Source: an uncultured delta proteobacterium (GTDB lineage Bacteria; Myxococcota; Myxococcia; Myxococcales; Anaeromyxobacteraceae). From it: 64,000 bases of DNA. The stretch covers positions 32,001 through 96,000 of the forward strand of contig CAVYBH010000011.1 in the NCBI GenBank assembly GCA_963766715.1. The letters run 5' to 3'. The stretch's first letter is position 1. Every line of letters starts with the position of its first letter. A model generated the notes under the pieces. That model did no database searches. It had not been told where the DNA came from and saw only the letters and a list, made by a program, of their open reading frames with translations. The translations under genes were made by a program, and so were the position numbers. Shown here piece by piece: positions 28,427 to 38,903 of the stretch.

Positions 28427-28811
28427 CCGACCCGACCCGAGACGGCGCGGAGGCGCCCGGCGCCGGCGAGGAGGCCGCCTGGGCCGGGCTGCGCGCCCGC
28501 TGGGGCGACGAGGAGGCCCACCGCGCCCTCCTGGCCGGGGTGAACGACCTCGAGGGGCTGGCGCGGGTCGGGGCCCGCTACCGGGAGGTCCTGGTGGAGC
28601 GCCCGGACGACGCCGCTGGCGCTCCGGGGACGGGACGAGGTGCTGCGCAAGGCCACCGTCCTCGGCCTGGCCGCCGTGCCGCGAACCGTGCCCCCGGCGG
28701 CCCGTGTCACCCTGGGTGAAGCGGGCCGTCCTGGCGACCGTGGCCGTCCTCCTGCTCGGCGCGGCCGCCTGGACCGCCATGGCCTTCCTGCGCACGGGAG
28801 CGACCCGCTGA
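28423..28811 (+). CDS. Small hypothetical membrane protein (apparent frameshifts)
   Basis: Overlaps both neighbours (GTGA, TGATG); AWAGLRARWGDEEAHRALL...ARYR, then a C-terminal hydrophobic segment in shifted frames. Confidence 0.5.
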
Positions 28812-30796
28812 TGCCGGTCTCCGCGCAGAGCGCCATCGAGACGGTGCTCGCCCCCGGCGGGCGGCTGGCGCGCGCGCTGGAGGGCTACGAGCCGCGGCCG
28901 GACCAGGTGCGCATGGCCGAGGCGGTGGCCGACGCGCTCTCCCGACGCCGCTACCTGGTGGCCGAGGCCGGCACCGGCACCGGGAAGACGCTCGCCTACC
29001 TGCTCCCGGCCGTGCTCTCGGGGAGGCGGGTGGTCATCTCCACGGCCACGCGCGCGCTCCAGGAGCAGATCTGGTTCCGCGACATCCCGCTGCTCCGCGA
29101 CCGGTGCGGCGTCGAGATCTCGGCGGCCTACCTCAAGGGGCGCGCCAACTACTACTGCCTGGCCCGGGGCGAGGAGTTCGAGCGCCACCCCACCTTCGCC
29201 ACCCGGGAGGAGGCGGCCCTGTGGCCCCGCATCCGGGAGTGGTCGCGGACCACGGCCACCGGCGACCGGAGCGAGATCGACCTGCCCGACTCCTACCTGA
29301 CCTGGAAGGATCTCTCCGCCACCGGCGAGACCTGCGTCGGGAAGGAGTGCCCGCGCTGGGAGGACTGCTTCGTGCAGCAGGCCCGGGCGCGCGCGGCCGC
29401 GGCCGAGATCGTGCTCGTGAACCACCACCTCTTCTTCGCCGACCTGGCCATGCGGACCTCGCGGGCCGGGGTCGAGGTGCTGCCGCCCTACGAGGCGGTG
29501 ATCTTCGACGAGGCCCACGCCATCGAGGAGGTCGCCACCGAGTACTTCGGGCTGCAGGTCTCGTCCTACCGGGTGGAGGAGCTGGCCCGCGACGCCCAGC
29601 GGTCCGTGGCCGATCGCCCGGACCTGGCCTCCATGCTGAAGCGCACCACCGGCGAGCTCTCCAAGGCCGGCGAGCGCTTCTTCGGCTCGGTGGCCCGGGC
29701 GCTGGCCCGGGGCTCCGGCCGCTCCGAGCCGCCGCGCGGGGGGCGCAAGCCGGAGGAGGAGAACCTGCGCGGACCCCTCGTGCCCTCCATGCTCGAGCCG
29801 CTGGCCGGCGAGCAGGACCGGCTCGACGGGGCCCTCGAGGAGCTGCGCGCCGAGCTGGCCGACGACCCGTCGCCGGCCCTGCTCCAGATCGCGCGGCGCG
29901 CCGCCGAGCTGCGGGTCGAGCTGGCCGCGGTGACCGCCATGCGGGAGCCGTCCCGCGTCTTCTTCGCCGAGGCCCGCGGCCGCGGGGTCTTCCTGCGGGC
30001 CGCGCCCATCGACGTGGCCGAGGAGCTCGTCACCCGCCTCTACCGCAACGTGGACACGGTGGTCTTCGCGAGCGCCACCCTGGCCAGCCAGGGGCGCTTC
30101 GACTACTTCCGCCGCCAGGTCGGGCTGCGGGAGGACTTCGACGTCGACGAGCGCACCTTCCCCGGCCCGTTCGACTACGCCACCCAGGCGGCGATCGTCG
30201 CACCGGCGGGCCTCCCCGATCCCAACCAGCCCGGGTTCGTGGCCGCCGCCGCCCGCGCCGTCCGGGAGCTCACCGAGGTCACCGGCGGCCGCGCCTTCGT
30301 GCTCTGCACCTCGGTGCGCAACATGCTCGCCTTCCGGGAGGCCCTCTCCGACCTGCCCTGGCAGCTCCTGCTGCAGGGCGAGCGCCCCAAGCACCGGCTG
30401 CTCGAGGCGTTCCGGGAGCGCCCCTCCGTGCTCTTCGCCACCCAGAGCTTCTGGGAGGGCGTGGACGTGCCCGGCGAGGCGCTCTCGCTCGTGGTCATCG
30501 ACCGGCTCCCCTTCTCGCCGCCCAACGACCCGGTGATCGCGGCGCGGGTGAAGGCGCTCACCGACGAGGGGCGCGACGCCTTCTCCGAGCTCCAGGTCCC
30601 GGCCGCCGCGCTCCAGCTGCGGCAGGGGTTCGGCCGCCTCGTCCGCTCCCGCGCCGACCGGGGCCTGGTGGCGGTTCTCGACCCGCGCCTCACCACCCGG
30701 GGGTACGGCCGCGCCTTCCTGGCGTCGCTCCCGCCGAGCCCCCTGCTCCGGTCCGTCGACGAGGCCCGGCGCTGGTGGGAAGCCTCTCATCGCTGA
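28811..30796 (+). CDS. DinG/YoaA-family Fe-S ATP-dependent DNA helicase
   Basis: EAGTGTGKT, KGRANYYC, TCVGKECPRWEDCF (Fe-S Cys), FDEAH, SFWEGVDVPG, RQGFGRLVR. Confidence 0.93.
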   Translation: MPVSAQSAIETVLAPGGRLARALEGYEPRPDQVRMAEAVADALSRRRYLVAEAGTGTGKTLAYLLPAVLSGRRVVISTATRALQEQIWFRDIPLLRDRCGVEISAAYLKGRANYYCLARGEEFERHPTFATREEAALWPRIREWSRTTATGDRSEIDLPDSYLTWKDLSATGETCVGKECPRWEDCFVQQARARAAAAEIVLVNHHLFFADLAMRTSRAGVEVLPPYEAVIFDEAHAIEEVATEYFGLQVSSYRVEELARDAQRSVADRPDLASMLKRTTGELSKAGERFFGSVARALARGSGRSEPPRGGRKPEEENLRGPLVPSMLEPLAGEQDRLDGALEELRAELADDPSPALLQIARRAAELRVELAAVTAMREPSRVFFAEARGRGVFLRAAPIDVAEELVTRLYRNVDTVVFASATLASQGRFDYFRRQVGLREDFDVDERTFPGPFDYATQAAIVAPAGLPDPNQPGFVAAAARAVRELTEVTGGRAFVLCTSVRNMLAFREALSDLPWQLLLQGERPKHRLLEAFRERPSVLFATQSFWEGVDVPGEALSLVVIDRLPFSPPNDPVIAARVKALTDEGRDAFSELQVPAAALQLRQGFGRLVRSRADRGLVAVLDPRLTTRGYGRAFLASLPPSPLLRSVDEARRWWEASHR

Positions 30797-30893
30797 GGAG
30801 TCACCCGATCCGGGGGGGCACGGCTGGAACCGCCCCCGGCTTTGCGTTACGTTGACGGTGCAGCGGGGGAGGGCGCGAGGAGCAGCCAGGTCC

Positions 30894-31550
30894 ATGGCCC
30901 AATTCAACGAGGAGAGCCGCGAACTCGCGGTGAAAGTCGTCTATTACGGACCAGCCTTGTCCGGAAAGACGACGAATCTCCAGGCCCTCTACCAGAAGAT
31001 GGATCCCAAGGTGCGGGGGCGGCTCATGACCCTCGACACCAAGGACGACCGGACGCTCTTCTTCGACATGATGCCGGTCTTCTTCCGGACCCCGGGCGGG
31101 GTGAAGGTGAAGATCAAGCTCTACACGGTGCCCGGCCAGGTGATGCACGAGTCGACGCGCCGCATCGTCCTCCAGGGGAGCGACGCGGTCGTCTTCGTGG
31201 CCGACAGCCGCAAGTCCGAGACCGCCTCCACGCTCGCCTACTGGAAGGACATGCTGCGCAACCTCGAGGCCAACGGCCTCGATCCGCGCGCGCTCCCCAT
31301 CGTCATCCAGAAGAACAAGACCGACCTCGAGGACATCCGGGACGACGACTTCGCCGACCTCCCCCGCGCGCCCAAGGTCCCGGTGGTCCCGGCCAAGGCC
31401 ATCCAGGGGGAGGGGGTGCTCGAGACCCTCGGGGCGCTGCTCGCCCTCTGCTACCGCGACCTCGATCGCGCGCTCGGGCTGGGCAAGCGCTTCGCCCTGC
31501 CGGAGAAGGAGTTCCTCGGCTCGGTCCTCAGCCGCGTGGAAGCCAGATGA
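30894..31550 (+). CDS. sofG: MglA-family small GTPase, SofG-like (no adjacent mglB)
   Basis: KVVYYGPALSGKTTNL, DDRTLFFD (intrinsic Arg finger), YTVPGQV, NKTD; PVFFxT..G.KVK.KL and C-terminal EFLG resemble M. xanthus SofG as I recall it. Confidence 0.75.
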   Translation: MAQFNEESRELAVKVVYYGPALSGKTTNLQALYQKMDPKVRGRLMTLDTKDDRTLFFDMMPVFFRTPGGVKVKIKLYTVPGQVMHESTRRIVLQGSDAVVFVADSRKSETASTLAYWKDMLRNLEANGLDPRALPIVIQKNKTDLEDIRDDDFADLPRAPKVPVVPAKAIQGEGVLETLGALLALCYRDLDRALGLGKRFALPEKEFLGSVLSRVEAR

Positions 31551-32936
31551 AGATCCAGCAGTCCGTCCTCCTCCAGCCGACGCCGCTCGGCGATCTGCTC
31601 GACCTCCGGTCCTTCTCCGAGGTCTGCCAGTCCTTCGCGGAGCTGTACCGGATCGGCGTGAAGGTCTTCGACGAGGGGGGCAACAAGCTGGTGGACGTGA
31701 AGATCGGCAACGCCGACTTCTGCGGCTACCTGTGGCAGACCCCGGACGGCCGCAGCCAGTGCATGGCGACCGTCCAGCGGGTGAAGACCGAGCCGCTGGT
31801 CGAGGAGCCGGTCCCGAGCACCGTCAACTGCTTCGCGGGCTGCCGCTACGCCATCCAGCCGGTGCTCTACGAGGGCGACGTGATCGGCCGCATCGTCTTC
31901 GGCCCCTTCGTGCCCGACGACCTGGTGGCGCTGCCGGCGGCCCTCACCAAGCTCTCGCCCGACTTCGACGAGAAGGTGGCGGCCTCCTACCTCCAGAAGA
32001 TCCGGCGCGTGCCCCAGGCCACGGCCGAGAAGGTCCTCAAGCACTTCGCCGAGATCCTCGACGTGCTGGTCTTCACCGGCCACAAGAACCTCCTCACCGC
32101 CCGCCTCCACATCGAGGCCGTGCAGGAGTCCTACCGCGAGGTCCAGGAGAAGAACCGGCAGCTCGAGGGGGCCTACCAGGCGCTGAAGGAGCTCGACCGG
32201 CTCAAGTCCAACTTCCTCGCCACCATGAGCCACGAGCTCCGCACCCCGCTCACCAGCGTCATCGGCTACTCGGAGATGATGCTGGAGGGGCTGGGCGGCC
32301 CGCTCACCGCCGAGCAGCGCGAGTACCTCCAGATCATCATGGACAAGGGGGAGAGCCTGCTCGGGCTCATCACCTCCATCCTCGACATCTCCAAGATCGA
32401 GGCCGGCCGCGTGAAGCTGGTGGTCTCGGACGTGGACGTGAACACCATCATGCGGGACGCGGTCGCCACCGTGACCCCGCACGCGCGGAAGAAGGGGCTG
32501 CGGGTGGCCTGGCAGCCGGCCCAGATGCCCCGGGTCCAGTGCGATCGCGAGAAGATCCGCCAGTCGCTCATCAACCTGGTGTCGAACGCGGTCAAGTTCA
32601 CCCCCTCCGGCGGCGCGGTGAACGTGCAGGCCCGCGCCGACGGCGACGACCGGGTGGCCATCCAGGTGGTGGACTCCGGCATCGGCATCGCGCCGCAGAA
32701 CCTGGCGCGCGTCTTCGACGTCTTCTTCCAGGTGGACGGCTCGACGACCCGCGAGTTCGGCGGCGCCGGCCTCGGCCTGGCCATCGTGAAGAGCTACGTG
32801 GAGGCCCACGCCGGCGACGTCAGGGTCGAGTCGGCGCCCGGAGCAGGGCACGACCTTCACCATCTCGCTCCCGGTGATGGCGTCCGGACCGGCGGCCCTG
32901 GCCGTGCGGGCCACCCCGACGGCCGCGGCGGGTTAG
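31547..32936 (+). CDS. Cytoplasmic sensor histidine kinase with a PocR-like input domain (apparent frameshift near 32848)
   Basis: N-terminal DFCGYL..SQC..NCFAGC..PVLYEGDVIGRIVFGPF (PocR-like); H-box FLATMSHELRTPL, N-box NLVSNAVKFT, DSGIGI, GAGLGL; no TM segment. Confidence 0.88.
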
Positions 32937-32942
32937 CTCCGC

Positions 32943-33930
32943 GTGGCGCGCCCGGGCGAGTTCCAGCTCATCGAGCGGTTCACCCGGGGCTTCCGCGCCG
33001 GAGAGGGCGTGCAGGTCGGCATCGGCGACGACGCGGCCGTGCTGCGGCCGCCCGCCGGGCACGACCTGGTGGCCACGGTGGACGCGGTGGTGGAGGGCGT
33101 CCACTTCGGGAGCGGCTTCTCTCCCGAGGACGTCGGGTGGAAGTCACTCGCCGTGAATCTCTCCGACCTGGCCGCCATGGGAGCGAGGCCCCTCTGGGCG
33201 CTCGTGGCGCTGGCCACGCCCCGCGGCACGGACCCGCGCTGGCTCGCCCGGGTCGGGCGGGGGATCGCCCGCTGTGCCCGCGCGCACGGCACGAGCGTGG
33301 TCGGGGGGAACGTCACGGCCGCCGACCAGGTCTCGGTGACGGTGACGGTGGTGGGCGCGGTCCGGCGCGGCCGCGCGCTGCTCCGGACGGGCGCCCGCGC
33401 CGGGCGACCTGATCCTGGTGAGCGGGAGCCTGGGCGACGCGGCCCTGGGGCTCGAGTCCGGCGCCCCGGCGGCGCTCCGGGCGCGGCAGAGGCGCCCCAC
33501 GCCGAGGCTCGCGCTCGGCCGGGCGGCGGCCGGCATCGCGCACGCGGCCATCGACGTCTCCGACGGGCTGATCCAGGACCTGGGGCACCTCTGCGAGTCC
33601 TCCGGCGTCGGGGCGCGCGTGGACCTCGAGCGGCTGCCGCTCTCCCGGGGCTACCGGGCCCTCACCGCGGGCCGGGCGGATCCCCACGAGGAGGCACTCG
33701 CCGGCGGGGAGGACTACGAGCTGGTGCTCGCGGTGCCGCCGTCCCGGCTCCCGGCCATGCGAGCGGCGGCCCGCCGCACCCGCACGCCGGTGGCGGTGAT
33801 CGGCGAGATCGAGTCGAGGACCGGGATCCGGGTGGTGAAAGGTGGGGGCGGCCTTCATCGGCTGCGCCGGGCCGGCCACGATCACCTCCGTTCCGGACCC
33901 GTTATTGGACCGGGGCGCCGCAGGGCGTAG
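32943..33930 (+). CDS. thiL: Thiamine-monophosphate kinase (apparent frameshift near 33400)
   Basis: [48 protein letters not shown]. Confidence 0.95.
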
Positions 33931-33933
33931 GAT
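33905..33933 (+). promoter_or_regulatory. Possible sigma70 promoter for the MCP gene
   Basis: TTGGAC-17 nt-TAGGAT, ~35 nt upstream of the GTG start preceded by AGAGGAG. Confidence 0.5.
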
Positions 33934-33967
33934 CCCGGGGTCCCCGGAATCCGCCAGAGGAGTGCCC

Positions 33968-35368
33968 GTGTCGAGGAGCCTGCGCCAGGACCGCCCATCG
34001 AACCGCCCGCCGGCGCGCGGACAGGACACGCCCCCCCACCTCGTGGCGCTGCGCGGCCGTCCGCCCGACCGGGACCTGCGCGCGCCGTCCCCGCCCCCGG
34101 GGCGCAGCGTGTCGCTCCAGACCAAGCTCCTCCTCTCCTACGTCAGCCTGGGGGTCTTCCTCCTCTTCGCCACGCCGATCGTGAAGGGCCGGCTCCTGCC
34201 CGACCGCCCGATCGTGGCGGACGCGGTGCTGGTGGCGCTCACGCTGGTGGCGGGCTACGCGCTCTCCACCGCCGTGCTCCGCGTCTCCCGGCTGGCCCGC
34301 CTCAAGTTCTCGGCGGTGGAGATCAGCGGCGGCGACCTCTCGAAGAGCGTGGTCTCCGAGGAGCAGCGCGGCTTCCACGACGAGGTCGACGACCTCACCG
34401 GCTCGATCCGCACCATGCAGGAGAACCTGCGCGACCTCGTCTCGCGCATCCAGCGCACCGCCCAGTCGGTGGCCGAGAGCGCCAACGAGCTGCAGACCTC
34501 CGCCGAGGAGGTGAACGCCTCCACCGACGAGGTGGCGAGCTCGATGGCCAAGATCGCCCAGGGCGCCGAGGAGCAGTCCGGCCTGGTGGAGCGGACCTCG
34601 AAGGTCATCGGCGACATCGCCGCCTCCATCGAGCGCACCGCCCGCAGCGCCGAGGAGGCCGCCAAGGCCAGCGCCGACACCTCCTCCGGCGCCACCCAGT
34701 CGGGCGAGGCGGCGCGGCTGGCCGCCGAGAAGGTGAAGAAGGTCTTCGCCCGGATCGAGGTGGCGAGCGAGCAGGTCTTCGCCTTCGGCGAGCGGACCCG
34801 CGAGATCACCCAGATCGTGGAGGTGATCACCAGCATCTCCCAGCAGACCAACCTGCTCGCCCTGAACGCCACCATCGAGGCGGCCCGCGCCGGGGAGTAC
34901 GGGCGCGGCTTCGCGGTGGTGGCCGAGGAGGTCCGCAAGCTGGCCGAGAGCGCCGGGCGCTCCGCCGAGCAGATCTCGGCGGTGGCCGCCGACGTCTCCG
35001 CGCGGGCCTCCGGCGTCGTCCAGGCCATGCGGGCCTCGGTGGCCGAGCTGGGCGAGGGGCGCGAGGACCTGAACGCCATCATGCGCTCGCTCGACGGCAT
35101 CGCCGGCGTCGCCGCGGCCGGTGCGGACAAGGTCCGCGTCATCTCCGAGTCGGCGCGGGACCAGCTCCAGGGCTCGGCCGACATGGTCCGCGCGATGGAC
35201 GACATCTCCGACGTGGCCACCGGCAACGCCACCTCCACCGAGGAGGTCCGCAAGGTGATCGTCGAGCAGACCGCCTCGGTCTCCCAGATGGCGAGCGCCG
35301 CCCAGGAGCTCCTCAACCTCTCCCTCGAGCTGCAGAGCGTCGTCTCGCGGTTCCGCCTCGACCGGTAG
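33968..35368 (+). CDS. Methyl-accepting chemotaxis protein, DifA-like (two TMs, essentially no periplasmic domain)
   Basis: Two TMs with a very short loop, HAMP domain, hairpin [37 protein letters not shown]. Confidence 0.93.
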   Translation: MSRSLRQDRPSNRPPARGQDTPPHLVALRGRPPDRDLRAPSPPPGRSVSLQTKLLLSYVSLGVFLLFATPIVKGRLLPDRPIVADAVLVALTLVAGYALSTAVLRVSRLARLKFSAVEISGGDLSKSVVSEEQRGFHDEVDDLTGSIRTMQENLRDLVSRIQRTAQSVAESANELQTSAEEVNASTDEVASSMAKIAQGAEEQSGLVERTSKVIGDIAASIERTARSAEEAAKASADTSSGATQSGEAARLAAEKVKKVFARIEVASEQVFAFGERTREITQIVEVITSISQQTNLLALNATIEAARAGEYGRGFAVVAEEVRKLAESAGRSAEQISAVAADVSARASGVVQAMRASVAELGEGREDLNAIMRSLDGIAGVAAAGADKVRVISESARDQLQGSADMVRAMDDISDVATGNATSTEEVRKVIVEQTASVSQMASAAQELLNLSLELQSVVSRFRLDR

Positions 35369-35371
35369 GCC

Positions 35372-35810
35372 GTGGACGCCGACCCGCGCCACGTCCTCAT
35401 CCGCGCCGGGGGCGAGCGATTCGCCCTCCCGCTGGAGAGCGTGACCGTGGTCGTCCCTCCCGCGCCCCCCTTCGCCCACGTGCCGCGCACCGGGCCGCCG
35501 GTCCTGGGGGCCATGAGCCTGCGGGGGCGGGTGGTCGCGGTGGTGGAGCTGGCGCCCCTGCTGGGCCTGGCCGGGGCGCGCGCCCGGCGACGGGGGCGGG
35601 CAGGTGCTCGTGCTCGACCGGGAGCGGCGGGCGCTCGGCTTCCTCGTCGACGGGGTGCTGGGCGTCGAGCCGGTGGACCCGCCCGACCGGCCCGGCGATG
35701 GACTTCCGGTGAAGGGGCTCTCCACGGTCCGGGGATTCCCGGTGGCGGTCCTCGACCCCGACGCGCTGGCCGCGGCGGCCCAGCGGCTCTTCCGGGGCCG
35801 GTCCGGGTAG
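35372..35810 (+). CDS. cheW: CheW adaptor, DifC-like (apparent frameshift near 35590)
   Basis: ERFALPLESV, VPRTGPPVLGAMSLRGRVVAVVEL, ALGFLVDGVLGV. Confidence 0.88.
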
Positions 35811-35834
35811 GGCGGCGACCCACCCGACGCTTCC

Positions 35835-35863
35835 TTCCGCCGGGCCGGTGCGGGTGGTAGCGT
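35835..35863 (+). promoter_or_regulatory. Possible internal promoter upstream of cheY
   Basis: TTCCGC-17 nt-TAGCGT with an extended -10 TG, in the 101-nt gap. Confidence 0.35.
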
Positions 35864-35911
35864 GGGGACCTGGAATCCCGCATCCAAACCCCGCGGGACT
35901 CGGATCCTCCC

Positions 35912-36280
35912 ATGCCGAAGAGAGTCCTCATCGTCGACGACGCGGTCTTCATGCGGAACATGATCCGCGACATCTTCGCCAGCGCGGGCTTCGAGGTCGT
36001 CGGCGAGGCCGCCAACGGCCTGGAGGCGGTGGAGAAGTTCCGCGAGCTCCGCCCCGACCTCACCACGATGGACATCGTCATGCCCTTCAAGAGCGGCATC
36101 GAGGCCACCCGGGAGATCGTGAAGGTCGACCCGCGCGCGGTGGTGGTCATGTGCAGCGCGCTCGGGCAGGAGGCGCTGGTGATGGAGGCCATCGAGGCGG
36201 GGGCCAGCGACTTCATCGTGAAGCCGTTCAAGTCCGAGGACGTCGTCTCCGTCGTGAAGAAGGTCCTGGGCGAGGCCTGA
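35912..36280 (+). CDS. cheY: Single-domain response regulator CheY, DifD-like
   Basis: VLIVDDAVFMR, PDLTTMDIVMP, MCSALGQ, FIVKPF. Confidence 0.95.
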   Translation: MPKRVLIVDDAVFMRNMIRDIFASAGFEVVGEAANGLEAVEKFRELRPDLTTMDIVMPFKSGIEATREIVKVDPRAVVVMCSALGQEALVMEAIEAGASDFIVKPFKSEDVVSVVKKVLGEA

Positions 36281-36303
36281 TCGGCGGCCGGGAGAGACCC
36301 ACG

Positions 36304-38316
36304 GTGAACTGGGACCTCTCGAGATACCTGGCGCTCTTCGTCTCCGAGTCGAAGGAGCACCTGGACGCGCTGGCGCAGGGGCTGGTGCGGCTGGAGCGCG
36401 CCGGCGCCGGCGGCGAGGACCCGGCCCCCCTCGTCGACGAGCTCTTCCGGCACGCACACAGCGTGAAGGGCATGGCGGCGGCCATGCAGCAGGAGGGCAT
36501 CGCCCACGTGGCCCACCGGGCCGAGGACGTGATCGGGGTGCTGCGGGCGCAGGGAGGCGTCCCCGGCCCCGACGTGGTGGACGTCCTGCTCGCCGCCACC
36601 GACGCCATCACCGCGATGGTGGAGCAGGCCGCCACCGGCACGACCCCGGCCGCCGACGAGGCCGTCTCCGCCCGCCTCGACGCGCAGGCGAGCCGCCTGA
36701 GGGGCATCGCTCCCGCCGAGCCGGCTTCCCCCGGCGCGGCGGGCGAGGCGCAGGCGAGCGCCGCGGACGCGGACGAGCCGCTCCTGGGCGAGGCGGCGCC
36801 CGCGCCCGCCCGGACCGCTGCGCCGCCGGCGCCCCCGCCTCCCGCCCCGCCGTCCGGGCGACGCCTCCGGATCGAGGTGGAGGTGTCGGCGTCGAGCCCG
36901 GTCCCCGCCATCCGCGGCTTCCTGGTGCTGAAGCGGCTCGGGGACACGGCCCGGATCGCCTCGTCGAGCCCGACCGTCGACGAGCTCCGCGCCGGCCGGA
37001 TGCCCGATCGGCGGCTCACCGCCGAGATCGAGACCTCGTCGACCCCGGAGGAGATCACCCGCACCCTCGAGCAGATCGCCGACCTGGCCCGGGTCGAGGT
37101 GCGCGAGGCGACCCCGGTCGCGCCGTCCGCGCCGGCGCCTCCCGAGCCGCCCGCCGAGCCGCCCCGCACGGTCCGGGTGCGCGCCGAGATGCTCGACGAC
37201 TTCCTCGACGTGGCCGGCGAGCTCCTCCTCGCCACGGCCCGGCTGCGGGAGGCCGGTCGCGCCATCCCGGAACCGCAGCGGCGCGAGCACGACGAGGGGG
37301 TGGACCGGCTCCAGGCCATCGCCAAGGACCTCCACCGGAAGGTGATGTCGGCCCGGATGACGCCGCTCACCGCCCTCTCGGCGCGGCTCCCGCGAGCCGC
37401 CCGCGACCTGGCGCGCCGCACCGGGAAGCAGGTCGACGTGGTGGTGACCGGCGCCGAGATCGAGGTGGACCGGGCGCTGCTCGACGAGATCGGCGATCCG
37501 CTGCTGCACCTGCTCCGGAACGCGGTGGACCACGGCATCGAGACCGCGGCCCAGCGCATCGCCTCCGGGAAGCGCCCCACCGGCCGCATCGAGGTGTCGG
37601 CGCGGCGCGATCGCGACCGGGTCATCCTCGAGGTCTCCGACGACGGCCGGGGCATGGACGCCGCGGCGCTGCGCCGGGCGGCGGTGGCGAACGGGGCCAT
37701 CGCGGCCGAGGCCGCCGCGAACCTCCCCGACGCCGACGTCCTCCTGCTCGCCTGCCTGCCCGGGGTGTCCACGGCCAGCCAGGTGACCGAGGTCTCCGGG
37801 CGCGGCGTGGGGATGGACGCGGTGAAGCGCAGCGCCGAGGCGCTGGGCGGCACCCTCTCCATCGAGAGCCAGCCCGGCAAGGGCACGAGGTTCACCCTGA
37901 GGCTCCCCCTCACGGTGGCCATGCAGCCGGTGCTCCTCGTCCGGGTGGGCACCGAGATCCTGGCCATCCCGGTCTCCAAGGTCCACGGGGCCGCCGAGGC
38001 CCGGCTGGAGCTCCTGGAGCGCGCCGGCGGGGCCCCCCAGCTCGCCTTCGGAGGCGGCCACGTGCCGGTGCACGACCTGGGCGTCCTGCTGGGCACCGGC
38101 CCGGCGCCGGGGGGCGGACGCCGCTCCGTGGTCGTCACGGATAGTGACACGGGCAGGGTGGGCCTGGCGGTCGACCAGCTGCTCGGGCAGCAGGAGGCGG
38201 TGCTGAAGCCGCTCCACGGCCCGCTCTCGCTGGTGCCCGGCCTCTCGGCGGTGACCGTCCTCGGGAACGGGCGCCCGGTCTTCGTGCTGGACGTCCCCCG
38301 GCTGGTGGCCGCATGA
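36304..38316 (+). CDS. cheA: Chemotaxis histidine kinase CheA, DifE-like
   Basis: HPt FRHAHSVKGMA, P2 domain, TVRVR dimer domain, HLLRNAVDHGIE, SGRGVGMD, C-terminal CheW-like domain. Confidence 0.96.
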   Translation: MNWDLSRYLALFVSESKEHLDALAQGLVRLERAGAGGEDPAPLVDELFRHAHSVKGMAAAMQQEGIAHVAHRAEDVIGVLRAQGGVPGPDVVDVLLAATDAITAMVEQAATGTTPAADEAVSARLDAQASRLRGIAPAEPASPGAAGEAQASAADADEPLLGEAAPAPARTAAPPAPPPPAPPSGRRLRIEVEVSASSPVPAIRGFLVLKRLGDTARIASSSPTVDELRAGRMPDRRLTAEIETSSTPEEITRTLEQIADLARVEVREATPVAPSAPAPPEPPAEPPRTVRVRAEMLDDFLDVAGELLLATARLREAGRAIPEPQRREHDEGVDRLQAIAKDLHRKVMSARMTPLTALSARLPRAARDLARRTGKQVDVVVTGAEIEVDRALLDEIGDPLLHLLRNAVDHGIETAAQRIASGKRPTGRIEVSARRDRDRVILEVSDDGRGMDAAALRRAAVANGAIAAEAAANLPDADVLLLACLPGVSTASQVTEVSGRGVGMDAVKRSAEALGGTLSIESQPGKGTRFTLRLPLTVAMQPVLLVRVGTEILAIPVSKVHGAAEARLELLERAGGAPQLAFGGGHVPVHDLGVLLGTGPAPGGGRRSVVVTDSDTGRVGLAVDQLLGQQEAVLKPLHGPLSLVPGLSAVTVLGNGRPVFVLDVPRLVAA

Positions 38317-38903
38317 GCGCCGCCGATCCGCGCCACGCGGCGGCCCTCGAGGCGCTCTGCGAGCTGGCCGCCGAGGGCGGGCGGGAGGCCGCCCGCACCG
38401 TCGGGAAGCTGGTGGGACGCACCGCCAGCATCGGGGAGGTGCAGCTGGTGATCGGTCCCGATCCGGCCGGCGTGGCGCGGCTGGTGGGGCGCCCCGACCT
38501 GGAGCTGGTGGCCGTCGCCATGGAGCTGCAGGACCCGGTGGGCGGCCGGCTCGTCCTCCTGGTGGCGGCCGACGAGGCGGAGCGGGTCTCGCAGACGCTC
38601 GTGCCCGACGCCGCCGCCGGCTCCCTCGACGCGGTGGGGGAGAGCGCGCTCGTCGAGGTGGGGAACATCGCGGGATCGGCCTTCGTGTCGGCGCTGGCCC
38701 GGAAGCTCCACCTGCGCCAGCTGCACGGCGTGCCCCGCCTGACGCGGGGCAACCCGCGGGAGTGCCTGGACGTCCTGGCCCCGGGCGCGTCCGGCCCGGC
38801 ACTGGGGGTGCGATTCGGGTGCCCGGAGGCGAGCGGGACCTTACTCCTCCTCCCGGACCCGGCCCGGCTCGACCGGCTCGCCGCAGCCCTGGAGGCAAGC
38901 TGA
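38313..38903 (+). CDS. cheC: CheC-family phosphatase, DifG-like
   Basis: [14 protein letters not shown] motif, GTLLLLPD; follows cheA. Confidence 0.85.
   Translation: MSAADPRHAAALEALCELAAEGGREAARTVGKLVGRTASIGEVQLVIGPDPAGVARLVGRPDLELVAVAMELQDPVGGRLVLLVAADEAERVSQTLVPDAAAGSLDAVGESALVEVGNIAGSAFVSALARKLHLRQLHGVPRLTRGNPRECLDVLAPGASGPALGVRFGCPEASGTLLLLPDPARLDRLAAALEAS

Noticed and set aside
28811..30796. DinG as a type IV CRISPR or defence-associated helicase
   Set aside because: No cas genes or repeat-spacer array in the window; it is an ordinary Fe-S YoaA/DinG in a housekeeping context.
24362..30907. 2181-aa minus-strand ORF (and similar ones at 34255-39162, 16401-19913, 39352-42585, 44059-47169)
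   Set aside because: Shadow ORFs opposite well-supported genes. Stop codons are scarce at this GC content and the translations have no recognisable motifs.
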